Assembly: GCA_036042925.1 (NCBI GenBank)
Contig: JAYYAX010000028.1
Span: 1,056 to 65,055 of the forward strand
DNA from: Pseudomonadota bacterium
Lineage (GTDB): Bacteria; Pseudomonadota; Alphaproteobacteria; TMED109
Reading direction: 5' to 3'
DNA: 64,000 nucleotides
Made by a program: the position numbers and the translations under genes. The first letter of the stretch is position 1. Each line of letters starts with the position of its first letter. Positions 20,653 through 31,494 of this stretch are shown piece by piece. The notes under the pieces were generated by a model, which saw only the letters and a program-made list of their open reading frames with translations, was not told where the DNA came from and searched no databases.

Positions 20653-22667
20653 CTTTCTATTTCTTTTTCAACATCTAATAAATAGAAAATTTTTATCCCT
20701 AACTTTTTTGCTTTTTCTAGTTTACTACCAGGCGCTTCTCCAGAGAATAAATAATCTGTTTTTTTTGTTACACTAGATGAAACAGTTGCTCCCATTCTAA
20801 TTAGTTTTTGTTCTAATTCTTTTCTAGAATATTTGTTAAAAGTACCAGTAATAACTATAATTTTGTCTGAATATTTATTGAATTCTTTTTTTTCATAATT
20901 TATTTTTATAACTTTTTCTAACCTTCGTATTTGTGAAATGTTTAATTCTTCTTCAAGATAGTCTTTAATGCTTTTAATGATAACATCTCCTACTCCACTA
21001 ATCTTGTCTACAGGATTTGTTTCTAAAAAATAATTACAAAATAATTCCAAATTTTTAAATTTACGAGAAAGTATAAGAGCAATGCCCTGACCAACATGTC
21101 TAATTCCTAATGAGTAAATAAATTTATCAAAGTTAATATTCCTACTAGCATTTATGGATTTCAGTAAATTAGAAATACTTTTTTCACCGAAACCTTCTAT
21201 TTCTGTTAAGTAAATTTTTTTACTAATCACTTTTTCCTCTAGTAAAAAAATATCGCAAAAGTTTTTAACGAAATTAGCTTCCCAAAACATTCTAACTTGT
21301 CTGTCACCTAAACCTGAAATATCAAAAGCATTCCTAGATACAAAATGAATTAAACTATTTATTTTTTGCTCCTTACAATCATAGATATTCAAACATTTTA
21401 TAGCAGCTTCTTTTTCCAGTCTTTGAAGTCTACTATTACAACTAGGACAAAATTCTGGAAAATTTATATCTACAGGATTTTTAGATTTTTTTATAACACT
21501 AGTTATTTTTGGTATAACATCCCCTGCTCTTTGAATACTTACAATATCTCCTATTGATAAGTTAAGTCTTTTAATTTCATCTTGATTATGTAGTGTAGCC
21601 CTACTTATTTTAACACCACCAATTTTTACCTCTTTAAGAATTGCTACTGGCGTTATCGTACCTGTTCTTCCAACTTGGAAAGACACATCTTCAACAATTG
21701 TGACCGCATTCTCGGCAGGAAACTTATGAGCTAAAGCCCATCGAGGCCATCTCGAAGTCTCACCTAGTTTTGATTGCTCCTTTATATCATCTAGCTTGTA
21801 AACAATACCATCAATATCGTAATTTAATGAACCTCTAATATCGTTGACCTTATTGTAAAAGTTTATCATTTCTTCAACATCTGAGCAAAATGCTGAGGGT
21901 TCATTTAGAGAAAAATTATATTTTTTTAATATTTTTCTGATGTCCATTAGAGAATTTCCAAAAAATTTCTCTCCTCCGATAATAGAATATCCGTAAAAAC
22001 TGAGCATCCTATCTTTTGCTATCTTTGGATCTAATTGTCTTACAGAACCTGCAGCAGCGTTTCTAGGTGTAGAAAATAAAGGCAATCCTTTTTTTTTTCT
22101 ATTTTTGTTTAGCTCTATAAATATATTTTTTTTCATAAAAATCTCTCCTCTTATTTCAAGGTCTTCTGGAAAATCATTAGGTAAGATTTTTTTAATTCCT
22201 TCTACATGTTCTAGATTTCTAGTAATTTCTTCTCCTCTTTCTCCGTCTCCTCTGGTTAATCCTATTTTTAACCTTCTATTTTTGTATCTTAATGATGCAG
22301 AAAGACCGTCAACTTTCGTTTCAGCTAGAATATAAAATTCTTTATTTATTGTATTTGCAATTTTTTCATAAAAACTTTTAACCTCCTCTTTATTATAAGC
22401 GTTATTTAAAGACAACATTGGAGAATTATGTCTTATTGTCTCAAATTGTTGAATATCTATCTTTCCAACTTTTTGATTAGGACTATTATCTTTTTCTAAT
22501 TTAGGAAACCTTTTTTCTAGATCTAGTAAATCACTTCTTAATTTATCATATTCTTCATCTGAGACTTCTTGCTTGTTTTGTTTATAATATAAATCGTCAT
22601 GATAGTTAATTTGATCTGAGAGATCCTTCATTTTTTTTTTTATTAAGTCTTCTTTATTCATCTTCAT
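20649..22667 (-). CDS. ligA: NAD-dependent DNA ligase
   Basis: PMLSLNN, KVDG adenylation motif, EIRGE, DGIVYK, Zn finger CPSC, C-terminal BRCT. Confidence 0.98.
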   Translation of the reverse strand: MKMNKEDLIKKKMKDLSDQINYHDDLYYKQNKQEVSDEEYDKLRSDLLDLEKRFPKLEKDNSPNQKVGKIDIQQFETIRHNSPMLSLNNAYNKEEVKSFYEKIANTINKEFYILAETKVDGLSASLRYKNRRLKIGLTRGDGERGEEITRNLEHVEGIKKILPNDFPEDLEIRGEIFMKKNIFIELNKNRKKKGLPLFSTPRNAAAGSVRQLDPKIAKDRMLSFYGYSIIGGEKFFGNSLMDIRKILKKYNFSLNEPSAFCSDVEEMINFYNKVNDIRGSLNYDIDGIVYKLDDIKEQSKLGETSRWPRWALAHKFPAENAVTIVEDVSFQVGRTGTITPVAILKEVKIGGVKISRATLHNQDEIKRLNLSIGDIVSIQRAGDVIPKITSVIKKSKNPVDINFPEFCPSCNSRLQRLEKEAAIKCLNIYDCKEQKINSLIHFVSRNAFDISGLGDRQVRMFWEANFVKNFCDIFLLEEKVISKKIYLTEIEGFGEKSISNLLKSINASRNINFDKFIYSLGIRHVGQGIALILSRKFKNLELFCNYFLETNPVDKISGVGDVIIKSIKDYLEEELNISQIRRLEKVIKINYEKKEFNKYSDKIIVITGTFNKYSRKELEQKLIRMGATVSSSVTKKTDYLFSGEAPGSKLEKAKKLGIKIFYLLDVEKEIES

Positions 22668-24343
22668 TAATTTTCGTTTAAAAGCTGCTTTGCTACTTTT
22701 ATTGCATCCCCTGTTATTTCTTCTCCAGATATCATTTTAGCTATTTCTTTTACTCTTTTTTCTTCATCTAGTTTTTCTACTCCAGTAAATGTTTTTGTTC
22801 TGTCGTAAAATTTATAAGATCTAAAATGACTTGTTCCTCTAGAAGCTACTTGGGGTAAATGAGTAACAACTAAAACCTGTTGAACTTTTGATAATTCAAA
22901 TAATCTTGCACCAACTTTATCCGCAGTAGCTCCACTAACACCACTATCTACTTCATCAAAAACTAGTGTTTTGGGAGAAATACTTTTAGCTAAAGCTAGG
23001 TTAATTGCTAACATTAGCCTCGATAATTCCCCTCCAGATGAAACTTTATGAATTTCAGCTTCTGTAGTTCCCCTATTTAATGTTACTAAAAATCTAACTA
23101 GTTCTGATCCGTTTTGATTCCACTGCTCTTTATGCTTTTTCTCAATATCTACGGTGAAATTAGAATTAATCAACCTTAGAGGAATAAGTTCTTTATTTAT
23201 TTCTTCCTGTAACTTTTTAGATGCTAAGTCTCTTTTTAAAGAGAGTTTTTTGCATAAATCGTGAAAACTGTTCTCTGCTAAGTTAAGCTTCTCATTTATT
23301 TCATTAATTTTTTGAGCTTCATTATCTATATTTGTAAAACTGCTTTCTAAATCTGCTAAGATTTGATTTAATTCAGATGGAGAAGTATCAAATTTGCGTG
23401 CTAAATTATTTATATCGAAAAGTCTCTGTTCAATCTCTTCCAACTCTTTTTGATCGAAGTGATAGTTTTCTCTTATTAATTTGATATTATTTATTACTTC
23501 TTTAGACTCAATTAATATCTGATTAATTGAATGACTAATTTGTTTTAATTCTTGAATTTCATTATTCTTATCTATTAAATTCTCAAGTTTTACTGAATTA
23601 GTAGATAATTCGCTGCTAAAGTTGTTACTTTCGTCGTTCAATATAAAATAAATATTATTTACAATACTAAATATCTTCTCATATTGAGAAAGAAAAGATT
23701 TTTTAGACTTAAGTATTTTTTCCTCATTTTCTTTTAAATTTAATTTTTTTATTAAGCTAATATTATTTTTAAGTTCCTCTGCATTTTTTTTTTTTTTATT
23801 AATTAGTTCGTTTGCTTCTAGAAAAATTCTAGAAAGTTGCATGAAATTATCATACTTTTTTTTTATTTCTAATAATAAATCTGAATGACCTCCATATTTA
23901 TCTAACAATTTAATGTGAGATCCTGGATCTAAAAGTCCAATCTTTTCATTTTGTCCGTGAATCTCTACCAGATCTGATCCAATTTTTTGTAATAGTCCTA
24001 CTGTTACCGGAGTATCACTTATAAAAGCTTTACTTTTTCCATTTTTATATAACACTCTTCTTAAGAAAAGATTATCATTTTCAAGGCTTATTCCAAGGTT
24101 ATTTAGCTTCTCTATAAGAAGATTGTTATTTTTAATGTTAAACTCAACTGTAACACTTCCTTCATCTGTTCCTTTTCTAAGAAAACTTACATCTGCCCGT
24201 CTACCAGTAGCTAAACTTAAACATTGTAATAAAATAGATTTACCAGCTCCTGTTTCTCCAGAAAAAACTGATAAACCTTTATCAAAATTAATTTTAAGAT
24301 TTTCTATCAAAACAATATTTTTAATTAAAATAGACTTAATCAT
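22667..24343 (-). CDS. recN: DNA repair protein RecN
   Basis: GETGAGKS, IHGQ, SGGELSR, FDEVDSG, VTHLPQVA. Confidence 0.97.
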   Translation of the reverse strand: MIKSILIKNIVLIENLKINFDKGLSVFSGETGAGKSILLQCLSLATGRRADVSFLRKGTDEGSVTVEFNIKNNNLLIEKLNNLGISLENDNLFLRRVLYKNGKSKAFISDTPVTVGLLQKIGSDLVEIHGQNEKIGLLDPGSHIKLLDKYGGHSDLLLEIKKKYDNFMQLSRIFLEANELINKKKKNAEELKNNISLIKKLNLKENEEKILKSKKSFLSQYEKIFSIVNNIYFILNDESNNFSSELSTNSVKLENLIDKNNEIQELKQISHSINQILIESKEVINNIKLIRENYHFDQKELEEIEQRLFDINNLARKFDTSPSELNQILADLESSFTNIDNEAQKINEINEKLNLAENSFHDLCKKLSLKRDLASKKLQEEINKELIPLRLINSNFTVDIEKKHKEQWNQNGSELVRFLVTLNRGTTEAEIHKVSSGGELSRLMLAINLALAKSISPKTLVFDEVDSGVSGATADKVGARLFELSKVQQVLVVTHLPQVASRGTSHFRSYKFYDRTKTFTGVEKLDEEKRVKEIAKMISGEEITGDAIKVAKQLLNEN

Positions 24344-25128
24344 TAATTTATAAGTTTTTTATCTTTAAGTAGTTTATAGCTATATTTATACCATTTACTA
24401 TCTGGAAAATTATGTCCTAAAACTCTTGCATTTATTAAAGCTTCCTCATTTACTCCAAGAATTATATATATTTCAACTAAACGGTGTAAAGCTTCAGGAA
24501 CATAAGAGGTAGTTTGATAGTTATTTACAACATTTTTAAATCTTTTCACAGCTGATATATATTTTTTCAAAGATAAATATGTTTTTCCTACGTTTATTTC
24601 TTTTGCAGCTAATACGTCCTCTAAAAAAATTATTTTGAAGTAAGCATCTTTCGCATATTTAGTAGACGGATATCTGTCTATTATGATTTTAAAAGTTTGA
24701 TATGCACTATATACAGAGGTTTGATCTCTTTTTTCATCTATTATCTGATCAAAATAACACATTCCTAAAAGATATTGAGCATAAGGAACTAAATCAGAGG
24801 CCGGATACAAACTAATATACCTTTTTAAATTTATTTCTGCCTTTACAAAGTCTCTATCTTTATAACTTGCGTAAGAAGACATTATTATGGCTTTTCTTGC
24901 CCATAATGAATATGGATGTTGCCTTTCTACTTCGTCAAATTCAGTAACAGCCTCCTCGTATTCATCATCAGTGAGCTTATTTAGTGCACTACTGTAAATT
25001 GTTTTTAGACTTCTTTCCTCATAGGTAATTTCTTTTTTTTTATTAGAAGAGCAAGAGACCATAAATACCAAAAACATAGTTAATAAGGTCTTTGAAAAAA
25101 ATAATTTATTTTTATAAATTAATAGCAT
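24343..25128 (-). CDS. bamD: Outer membrane protein assembly factor BamD
   Basis: Lipobox MVSC, EVERQHPYS, RDQT, EALHRLVE, FPDSKW; start may be ATG 25077. Confidence 0.95.
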   Translation of the reverse strand: MLLIYKNKLFFSKTLLTMFLVFMVSCSSNKKKEITYEERSLKTIYSSALNKLTDDEYEEAVTEFDEVERQHPYSLWARKAIIMSSYASYKDRDFVKAEINLKRYISLYPASDLVPYAQYLLGMCYFDQIIDEKRDQTSVYSAYQTFKIIIDRYPSTKYAKDAYFKIIFLEDVLAAKEINVGKTYLSLKKYISAVKRFKNVVNNYQTTSYVPEALHRLVEIYIILGVNEEALINARVLGHNFPDSKWYKYSYKLLKDKKLIN

Positions 25129-25160
25129 ATTTTTATAAGTATATTCTATTTAATAATATA

Positions 25161-25943
25161 ATGATTTCAGAAAATAAAAAGTACTTATCTTTCGCTCATC
25201 ATCTTGCAGATAAAACTGGAAAAATTTTAATAAAAAATTATAAATCCAGTAACCTATCTAGAAGCTTTAAAAAAATCAAAAATAGAAAAGAAATAGTTAC
25301 TGATGTAGATATTAAAATCGAAAATGTTATTAGAAAATCAATATTTTCAAGTTTTCCTGATCATAATGTACTGGGAGAAGAAAAAGGCTTTACTCGTAAA
25401 AAGTCTAAATATACATGGATTATAGACCCAATAGATGGTACTAAAGCTTTTGCAGTAGGCATACCTGTATTTGGCATTATGATTTGCTTGAAATATGATA
25501 ATGAATATATACTAGGATTAGTTGATCAACCTGTACTTAAGGAAAGATATTGGAGTGATAATAAAAGTTCATTTTTAAATAATAAGAAAATTAGTACCTC
25601 TAAATTAACAAAGTTGTCAGATGCCACCCTCGGAAGTACGGATCCCAAAATGTTTAAAAATTTTAGTGATATAAATAAATCAATTTTTGAAAAGTTTAAT
25701 TATGTAAGATGGGGGACAGATGTTATGGGTTATCTTAGATGCGCAGAAGGGCTAATTGATGCAGTAATAGAAAGAGATATAAATATTTGGGATGTAGCTG
25801 CAATAGAACCAATAATAAGAAATGCTGGAGGTATTTTAACTACTTGGGATGGTAAAGATATTGGTTCAAATGATACAGTTTGTGCCACTAATAATAAAAC
25901 TCTACATGAAATTTTGTTAAAAAAATTGCAAAAATTTTTATAG
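25161..25943 (+). CDS. hisN: Inositol monophosphatase family, histidinol-phosphate phosphatase-like
   Basis: GEE, WIIDPIDGTKAF, IDQP-like VDQP..ERY, WDVAA; ATG 25161 preferred over the overlapping TTG 25092. Confidence 0.82.
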   Translation: MISENKKYLSFAHHLADKTGKILIKNYKSSNLSRSFKKIKNRKEIVTDVDIKIENVIRKSIFSSFPDHNVLGEEKGFTRKKSKYTWIIDPIDGTKAFAVGIPVFGIMICLKYDNEYILGLVDQPVLKERYWSDNKSSFLNNKKISTSKLTKLSDATLGSTDPKMFKNFSDINKSIFEKFNYVRWGTDVMGYLRCAEGLIDAVIERDINIWDVAAIEPIIRNAGGILTTWDGKDIGSNDTVCATNNKTLHEILLKKLQKFL

Positions 25944-25959
25944 TCACTATTCTTAATAT
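25926..25959 (+). promoter_or_regulatory. Putative sigma70 promoter giving a leaderless ETF:QO mRNA
   Basis: TTGCAA-N16-TATTCT-N6-ATG; no SD. Confidence 0.45.
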
Positions 25960-27588
25960 ATGGCGTATGAAGAAATTCAATATGATGTATCAATTATAGG
26001 CGCTGGTCCTGCTGGTCTTTCGGCTGCTATAAGATTAAAACAGCTTTCACCAGATATATCAGTTTGTATAATTGAAAAAGGAGCGGAAGTGGGATCACAT
26101 ATCCTTTCAGGTGCTATACTAGAACCTAACTCTTTGACAGAATTATTTCCTAATTGGAAAGAGATGGATGCTCCTGTCCAAACAAAAGTACAAAAAGAAG
26201 AATTTTTATTCTTAACAAAAAAAAATAGCTTTAAATTACCGTCCTTATTACTACCAGAGGACATGAAAAATGATAATAATTATATTATAAGTTTAGGCAA
26301 TCTTTGTAAGTGGTTAGCTGTTCAGGCAGAAGGTTTGGGGGTAGATATATTTCCGGGTTTTACTGCTAAGGAAATTATATATGATAATAATGATAATGTA
26401 ATAGGAATTCTTAGTGGTGAAAAAGGAATTACCAGAAATGGAGAAAAATCAAATTTATATGAACCGCCAATAGCTTTAAAAGCTAAGCAAACTTTTTTTG
26501 CAGAAGGATGCAGAGGGCATTTAGGAAAAAGCTTAATTGAAAAGTTTAATTTATATCAAGATAATAAATTTCAAACGTATGCCATAGGAATTAAAGAACT
26601 TTGGGAGGTTGATGACAAAAACTTGCCTTTGGGATCAGTTATACACTCAATAGGTTGGCCACTTTATAATAATGCATATGGAGGATCATTTCTTTATAAA
26701 CTAAATAAAAACACTGTTTCTATAGGTTTTGTAGTTGGTTTAGATTATAAAAATACTTATTTGAGTCCTTACCAGGAGTTTCAAAACTTTAAAACTCATC
26801 CAAAAATATCTAACTACTTAAAAAATGGTAAAAGAATATCTTATGGTGCCAGAGCTTTGAACGAGGGTGGCTTCCAATCCCTACCCAAAATGACTTTTCC
26901 AGGTGGACTTTTAATAGGTTGTGATGCAGGTACTTTAAATGTTCTAAAAATCAAAGGAACTCATACCGCAATAAGCTCTGGTATGCTGGCTGCTGAAGCT
27001 TATTGGGAGGCAAAAACAAATGGTCATCAAGATAGAGAATTGAAAAATTATTCTAATAATTTTAACAAAAGTTCAATTTATAAGGAACTTTATAAAGTTA
27101 GAAATGTTAGGCCTGGATTTAAGTATGGACTTTTGCCTGGTTTGCTAAATACCTTTATAGATCAAAAAATTTTTAAAGGAAAAACACCCTGGACTTTACA
27201 ACATAAAAAGAAGGACAATTTATCTATTAATCCAAAAGCTAGTTCTAAAAAACTAGATTATCCTAAGTATGATAATAAATATAGCTTTGACCGTTTAACT
27301 AATCTATCTTTTTCAGGCACTAATCATAAGGAAGATCAGCCGTGTCATCTATTTTTAAAAAATGAAAGTGTGCCTATTGAAAAAAATTTAAAGTTGTTTG
27401 ACTCTCCTGAAACAAGGTACTGTCCTGCAAATGTATACGAGATTGTAAAAAAAAATGCTGAAAGTTATTTGCAAATAAATTTTCAAAACTGTCTTCACTG
27501 TAAGACATGTGATATAAAGGATCCATATCAAAATATTAGTTGGGTGCCACCGGAAGGTGGTGACGGGCCAAATTATTCTGGTATGTAG
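25960..27588 (+). CDS. etfD: Electron transfer flavoprotein-ubiquinone oxidoreductase
   Basis: GAGPAGL, HILSGA, EGCRG, YGARALNEGG, 4Fe-4S motif CPANVY...CLHCKTCDIKDP, PEGGDGPNY. Confidence 0.96.
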   Translation: MAYEEIQYDVSIIGAGPAGLSAAIRLKQLSPDISVCIIEKGAEVGSHILSGAILEPNSLTELFPNWKEMDAPVQTKVQKEEFLFLTKKNSFKLPSLLLPEDMKNDNNYIISLGNLCKWLAVQAEGLGVDIFPGFTAKEIIYDNNDNVIGILSGEKGITRNGEKSNLYEPPIALKAKQTFFAEGCRGHLGKSLIEKFNLYQDNKFQTYAIGIKELWEVDDKNLPLGSVIHSIGWPLYNNAYGGSFLYKLNKNTVSIGFVVGLDYKNTYLSPYQEFQNFKTHPKISNYLKNGKRISYGARALNEGGFQSLPKMTFPGGLLIGCDAGTLNVLKIKGTHTAISSGMLAAEAYWEAKTNGHQDRELKNYSNNFNKSSIYKELYKVRNVRPGFKYGLLPGLLNTFIDQKIFKGKTPWTLQHKKKDNLSINPKASSKKLDYPKYDNKYSFDRLTNLSFSGTNHKEDQPCHLFLKNESVPIEKNLKLFDSPETRYCPANVYEIVKKNAESYLQINFQNCLHCKTCDIKDPYQNISWVPPEGGDGPNYSGM

Positions 27589-27596
27589 TCAGCTAA

Positions 27597-28517
27597 TTAA
27601 GCAAAAAGCATATTATCTTGGGATTTGAAATTTTTTTCTTTATTGTATTGATATATACTATAATTAGAAAGATTTGAGAAAATTTCTAACATGCCCAATC
27701 TATTTAATTCGTGACCAGGATAATACACTGAGATTTTTCCAATAATATTAAAGTTCATTAAGGAAAGGTCGCCTAAAATATCTAATGTTTTGTGTTTTGC
27801 AAAGTAATTAGTTTGATCATCAAATTCTGAATTCAGTATTGATCCATTTTTAATAACTATTGCATTTTCAAGACTTCCACCCTTAGCTAGATTATTTTTC
27901 TTCATTGTCTCTATATCTTCATAATAGCAGAAAGTCTTTGCACTTTTTACTCTATCATATATGTTAGAGAAACTTTTTCCTAGTTTAACAGTTTGTTTAC
28001 CTATCGGATCCGGAAATTCTACAGTACATTCAATTTCAAAACAATTACTTGGAGCAATAGAAAAAGAGCTGTTTTTAGTCTGAACTGAAATATTTTTTTT
28101 CACTATTAAGTATTTTTTAAAAAATTTTTTTTGCTCTACTACACCTACATTTTTTATTATATCATCGAATTCTTTAGCAGAGCCGTCTAAAATAGGTATT
28201 TCCTGTGAGTCAATTTCTATTTTAATATTATCTATATTGTTTCCTTTAATAGCAGCAAGAAGGTGCTCAACAGTAATTACTTTAGCATCAGAATTACTAG
28301 CCTTTAAAGTAGTACATAATTTGCTTTTATGTATATATCTATAATCTGCAGGAATAAAATTATTAAAGCTTAGGTCTTTTCTAATAAAAACAACTCCTGT
28401 GTCAGGTGCAGATGGTATAAGTCTTACATTACAAAGCATACCAGAATGTAGACCTATTCCAGAAAAATTTACGGTATCGGCAATAGTACATTGATATTTT
28501 CTAAAGTTACTTAACAT
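27597..28517 (-). CDS. lpxC: UDP-3-O-acyl-GlcNAc deacetylase
   Basis: GIGLHSG, TVEHLLAA, EIPILDGSA, GGSLENA, HKTLD.LGD. Confidence 0.96.
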   Translation of the reverse strand: MLSNFRKYQCTIADTVNFSGIGLHSGMLCNVRLIPSAPDTGVVFIRKDLSFNNFIPADYRYIHKSKLCTTLKASNSDAKVITVEHLLAAIKGNNIDNIKIEIDSQEIPILDGSAKEFDDIIKNVGVVEQKKFFKKYLIVKKNISVQTKNSSFSIAPSNCFEIECTVEFPDPIGKQTVKLGKSFSNIYDRVKSAKTFCYYEDIETMKKNNLAKGGSLENAIVIKNGSILNSEFDDQTNYFAKHKTLDILGDLSLMNFNIIGKISVYYPGHELNRLGMLEIFSNLSNYSIYQYNKEKNFKSQDNMLFA

Positions 28518-28584
28518 TATTAAAGAATAATAATTTCATATTAAAAAGCTAGTAACTTTTTATTACAAATATTACATTTTTTTA

Positions 28585-30231
28585 TTAATCTCTATTTCTT
28601 CTCAAAAAAGATGGAATATTCATATTATCATCATCATTTATAATACCTCTATCAAAAGTATCATCAAAAGTTGTACTTACACTATTTTGATCTGCATTGT
28701 CAAGAAAGGAAGGCTCTATTCTTTCTTTTCCATTTTCATTATTTCTACCAACCAAATCTGATTTTTCTCTTTCTACAGATTGTTCACCTTTGCTTTCAAA
28801 TGATTTATTGGCTACTTCACTGACCATAGAAAAAGCTTTTGATCCAACATCTATTGCTTTATTTTTAACATTAGAAAGTCTTGAAATAAGACTTGTATTA
28901 GCATTACTTTCATTTATACCTACTTTTTTCTCAACATTGTTTGTTTTTGAATTTATTAATTCCGCTTCCTTAAATGGATCAACTTTTTCTTTTGTATTAT
29001 CCTCAGCAGTTATCTCTTCCTCTGGAATAAAATAATCTTTGTTTTTATCGTCTGTATTAAGGTTGGTCTTATTTTCTTTATCTATTTCTAGAACTTCATT
29101 TGTCTCCTTAGCTAAAAACTCCTCTAAATCAGATTGAGCATGATTAAAACTTTTACCTTCTTGTAATTTATTGTTTTTTTCGTCCTTTCTACTTGAGACA
29201 AGTCTTGGTCTTAAAAACCTATTTGAAATTTCCATGTTGTTATCACTATTAATATCCTGAGAAAATCCAATATTATTTATACCAGAAGCTAGCAAGGAAA
29301 CTCTTATTACCCCTTCTCCAACATTATCAATTGTGTGACCTACTATCAAATTTACATCTTCTTTACATTGCTGTTTAATAAGCGCCGCAATTTCATCCAT
29401 TTCATATAGCTTTACATCAGCGCCAGAAATGTTAATTATTACCCCTTTTGCATTAGCAATTGAACTATCATCCAGAAGCGGATTTGCAATAGCTAGCTCT
29501 GCAGCCTGAATTGCTCTATCTTCTCCAGATGCCTCTCCAGTTCCCATCATAGCCTTTCCCATTTCTAGCATTACTGTTTGAATATCAGCAAAGTCTAAGT
29601 TTATTTTACCTTGTCTTACAATTAAATCTGTTACGCCTTTTATGCCGTTGTAAAGAACTTCATCTGCCATCTTGAAAGCTTCCGTAAAAGTGGTATCTTT
29701 ATTAGCTACCTTAAAGAGATTTTGATTAGGTATTATGATTAAAGTATCTACAGACTTAGCTAGATTTTTAATACCCTCTTCAGCAATTTTCATTCTCCTC
29801 ATACCCTCATAATCAAAAGGTTTAGTTACAACACCAACTGTGAGTATATCTCTTTCTCTTGCGGCCTCGGCTATTATAGGGGCTGCACCTGTACCAGTTC
29901 CTCCCCCCATACCCGCTGTTACAAACAACATGTGAGTTCCCTCAAGCTGATCCATTACTTCAGACAAAGACTCATCTGCTGCCTCTCTTCCAACTTCTGG
30001 TTTTGCTCCTGCTCCCAGCCCTCTGGTTTTTTTTGCTCCTAATTGGACCCTTCTTTCTGTCAACGAATTAGCCAGTGATTGAGCATCAGTATTAGCCACT
30101 AAAAACTCAACTCCTTCAAGATGTGCTTCTATCATGTTATTTACTGCATTACAGCCGGCACCACCCACACCTATAACAGTGATACGCGGTTTGAGTTTTT
30201 CATTTGTTGGTTGTGTTAAATTTATAGTCAT
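28585..30231 (-). CDS. ftsZ: Cell division protein FtsZ (long C-terminal linker)
   Basis: [29 protein letters not shown]-terminal IPSFLRR. Confidence 0.99.
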   Translation of the reverse strand: MTINLTQPTNEKLKPRITVIGVGGAGCNAVNNMIEAHLEGVEFLVANTDAQSLANSLTERRVQLGAKKTRGLGAGAKPEVGREAADESLSEVMDQLEGTHMLFVTAGMGGGTGTGAAPIIAEAARERDILTVGVVTKPFDYEGMRRMKIAEEGIKNLAKSVDTLIIIPNQNLFKVANKDTTFTEAFKMADEVLYNGIKGVTDLIVRQGKINLDFADIQTVMLEMGKAMMGTGEASGEDRAIQAAELAIANPLLDDSSIANAKGVIINISGADVKLYEMDEIAALIKQQCKEDVNLIVGHTIDNVGEGVIRVSLLASGINNIGFSQDINSDNNMEISNRFLRPRLVSSRKDEKNNKLQEGKSFNHAQSDLEEFLAKETNEVLEIDKENKTNLNTDDKNKDYFIPEEEITAEDNTKEKVDPFKEAELINSKTNNVEKKVGINESNANTSLISRLSNVKNKAIDVGSKAFSMVSEVANKSFESKGEQSVEREKSDLVGRNNENGKERIEPSFLDNADQNSVSTTFDDTFDRGIINDDDNMNIPSFLRRNRD

Positions 30232-30249
30232 AATAGCCTCCTTAAATAA

Positions 30250-31494
30250 TTAAAAAAATTTTTCACTTACCCAGTTTCTAAAAAAGGAAAATTGATTGTT
30301 TTTAGTTAAACGCATACTTAAATCTTTTATGTCTTCCTGCTCTTCAATTTTTAAAATACTCTGTATTATTCCTAATGCTACAGAGTGACTAGGATCCAAA
30401 TTATTATCTAAATTTATCTTAAACTCTTTAGGAAATCCTACTCTAGTTTCAAAATCTAAATAATTTTTTGCAAGAATTGATAATCCATCCAGTTGAGATC
30501 CACCACCGGTTATTATTAATTGCTTACTTATTAATTTATCATAACCTGATTTACTAATTATCAGCTTTGTCCACTTCAATATATCCTCTAAATAAGGTTT
30601 AATAATTTTATGTAAATCTTTTTTACTAATTGGTACAAATTTTTCGTTATTATCAAAATTTATAGATGGAACCTCAAATGAAATTTCATTATCAGAACTA
30701 TGCTCTATTGCTGAAGCGTGCATAATTTTATTTTTTTCTGCTTCTGAAAAACTTATATTAAAATGTCTTGCTATAGCTTCCGTAATATTATTACTGCCAA
30801 AGTTTACTACTTCTGAAAATAATAAGTTACCTTTAGAAAAAATAGACAATGAGGTATTTTTAGCTCCTATTTCTAAAACGACTGCCCCTAAGGTTAATTC
30901 ATTATCATTTAGTACTGCTACTCCTGATGCTAGCCCCGAGTATATAACTTTATTAATGTCAATATTACATTTTGATATACACTCAATATAATTTTTATAG
31001 TGGTTAATTCCAATTGTGGAAATAACAAACTCTACTTCTAAAGAAGATCCATACATACCCACAGGCTTCATAATCCCTTTGGCTCCATCAATATTGTAAC
31101 TAATCGGAGCGGCATGCAAAATTTGCTTATCTTTAAAATATGGGTCTGCAATCAAGGTATTTAAAATTTCTTTGATATCCTCATCTTTAATTTTTTCTTC
31201 TATAATATTAATTTTTTTATTGAATAGTTTTGTATTGACTATCTTAGAAGATACAGAAATATTAACTTTTTCAATTTTTATATTTGCTTTTTTTTCTGCC
31301 TCATTAATTGCAGCTTGAATGCTTTCAGATGCTAAATTAATATCACTTATGACACCATTACTAATTCCTTTAGCTTTGTTATAACCCAGCCCAACAATTT
31401 GACTAATATCATTTTTATTTTTTGTAGCTAATAAACAACATATTTTACTAGATCCTATGTCTAATGAGGCTATATATTTTGTTCTATTATTCAT
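30250..31494 (-). CDS. ftsA: Cell division protein FtsA
   Basis: LDIGSSKICC, P.GMYG, EIGA..T, ITGGGSQL. Confidence 0.96.
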   Translation of the reverse strand: MNNRTKYIASLDIGSSKICCLLATKNKNDISQIVGLGYNKAKGISNGVISDINLASESIQAAINEAEKKANIKIEKVNISVSSKIVNTKLFNKKINIIEEKIKDEDIKEILNTLIADPYFKDKQILHAAPISYNIDGAKGIMKPVGMYGSSLEVEFVISTIGINHYKNYIECISKCNIDINKVIYSGLASGVAVLNDNELTLGAVVLEIGAKNTSLSIFSKGNLLFSEVVNFGSNNITEAIARHFNISFSEAEKNKIMHASAIEHSSDNEISFEVPSINFDNNEKFVPISKKDLHKIIKPYLEDILKWTKLIISKSGYDKLISKQLIITGGGSQLDGLSILAKNYLDFETRVGFPKEFKINLDNNLDPSHSVALGIIQSILKIEEQEDIKDLSMRLTKNNQFSFFRNWVSEKFF

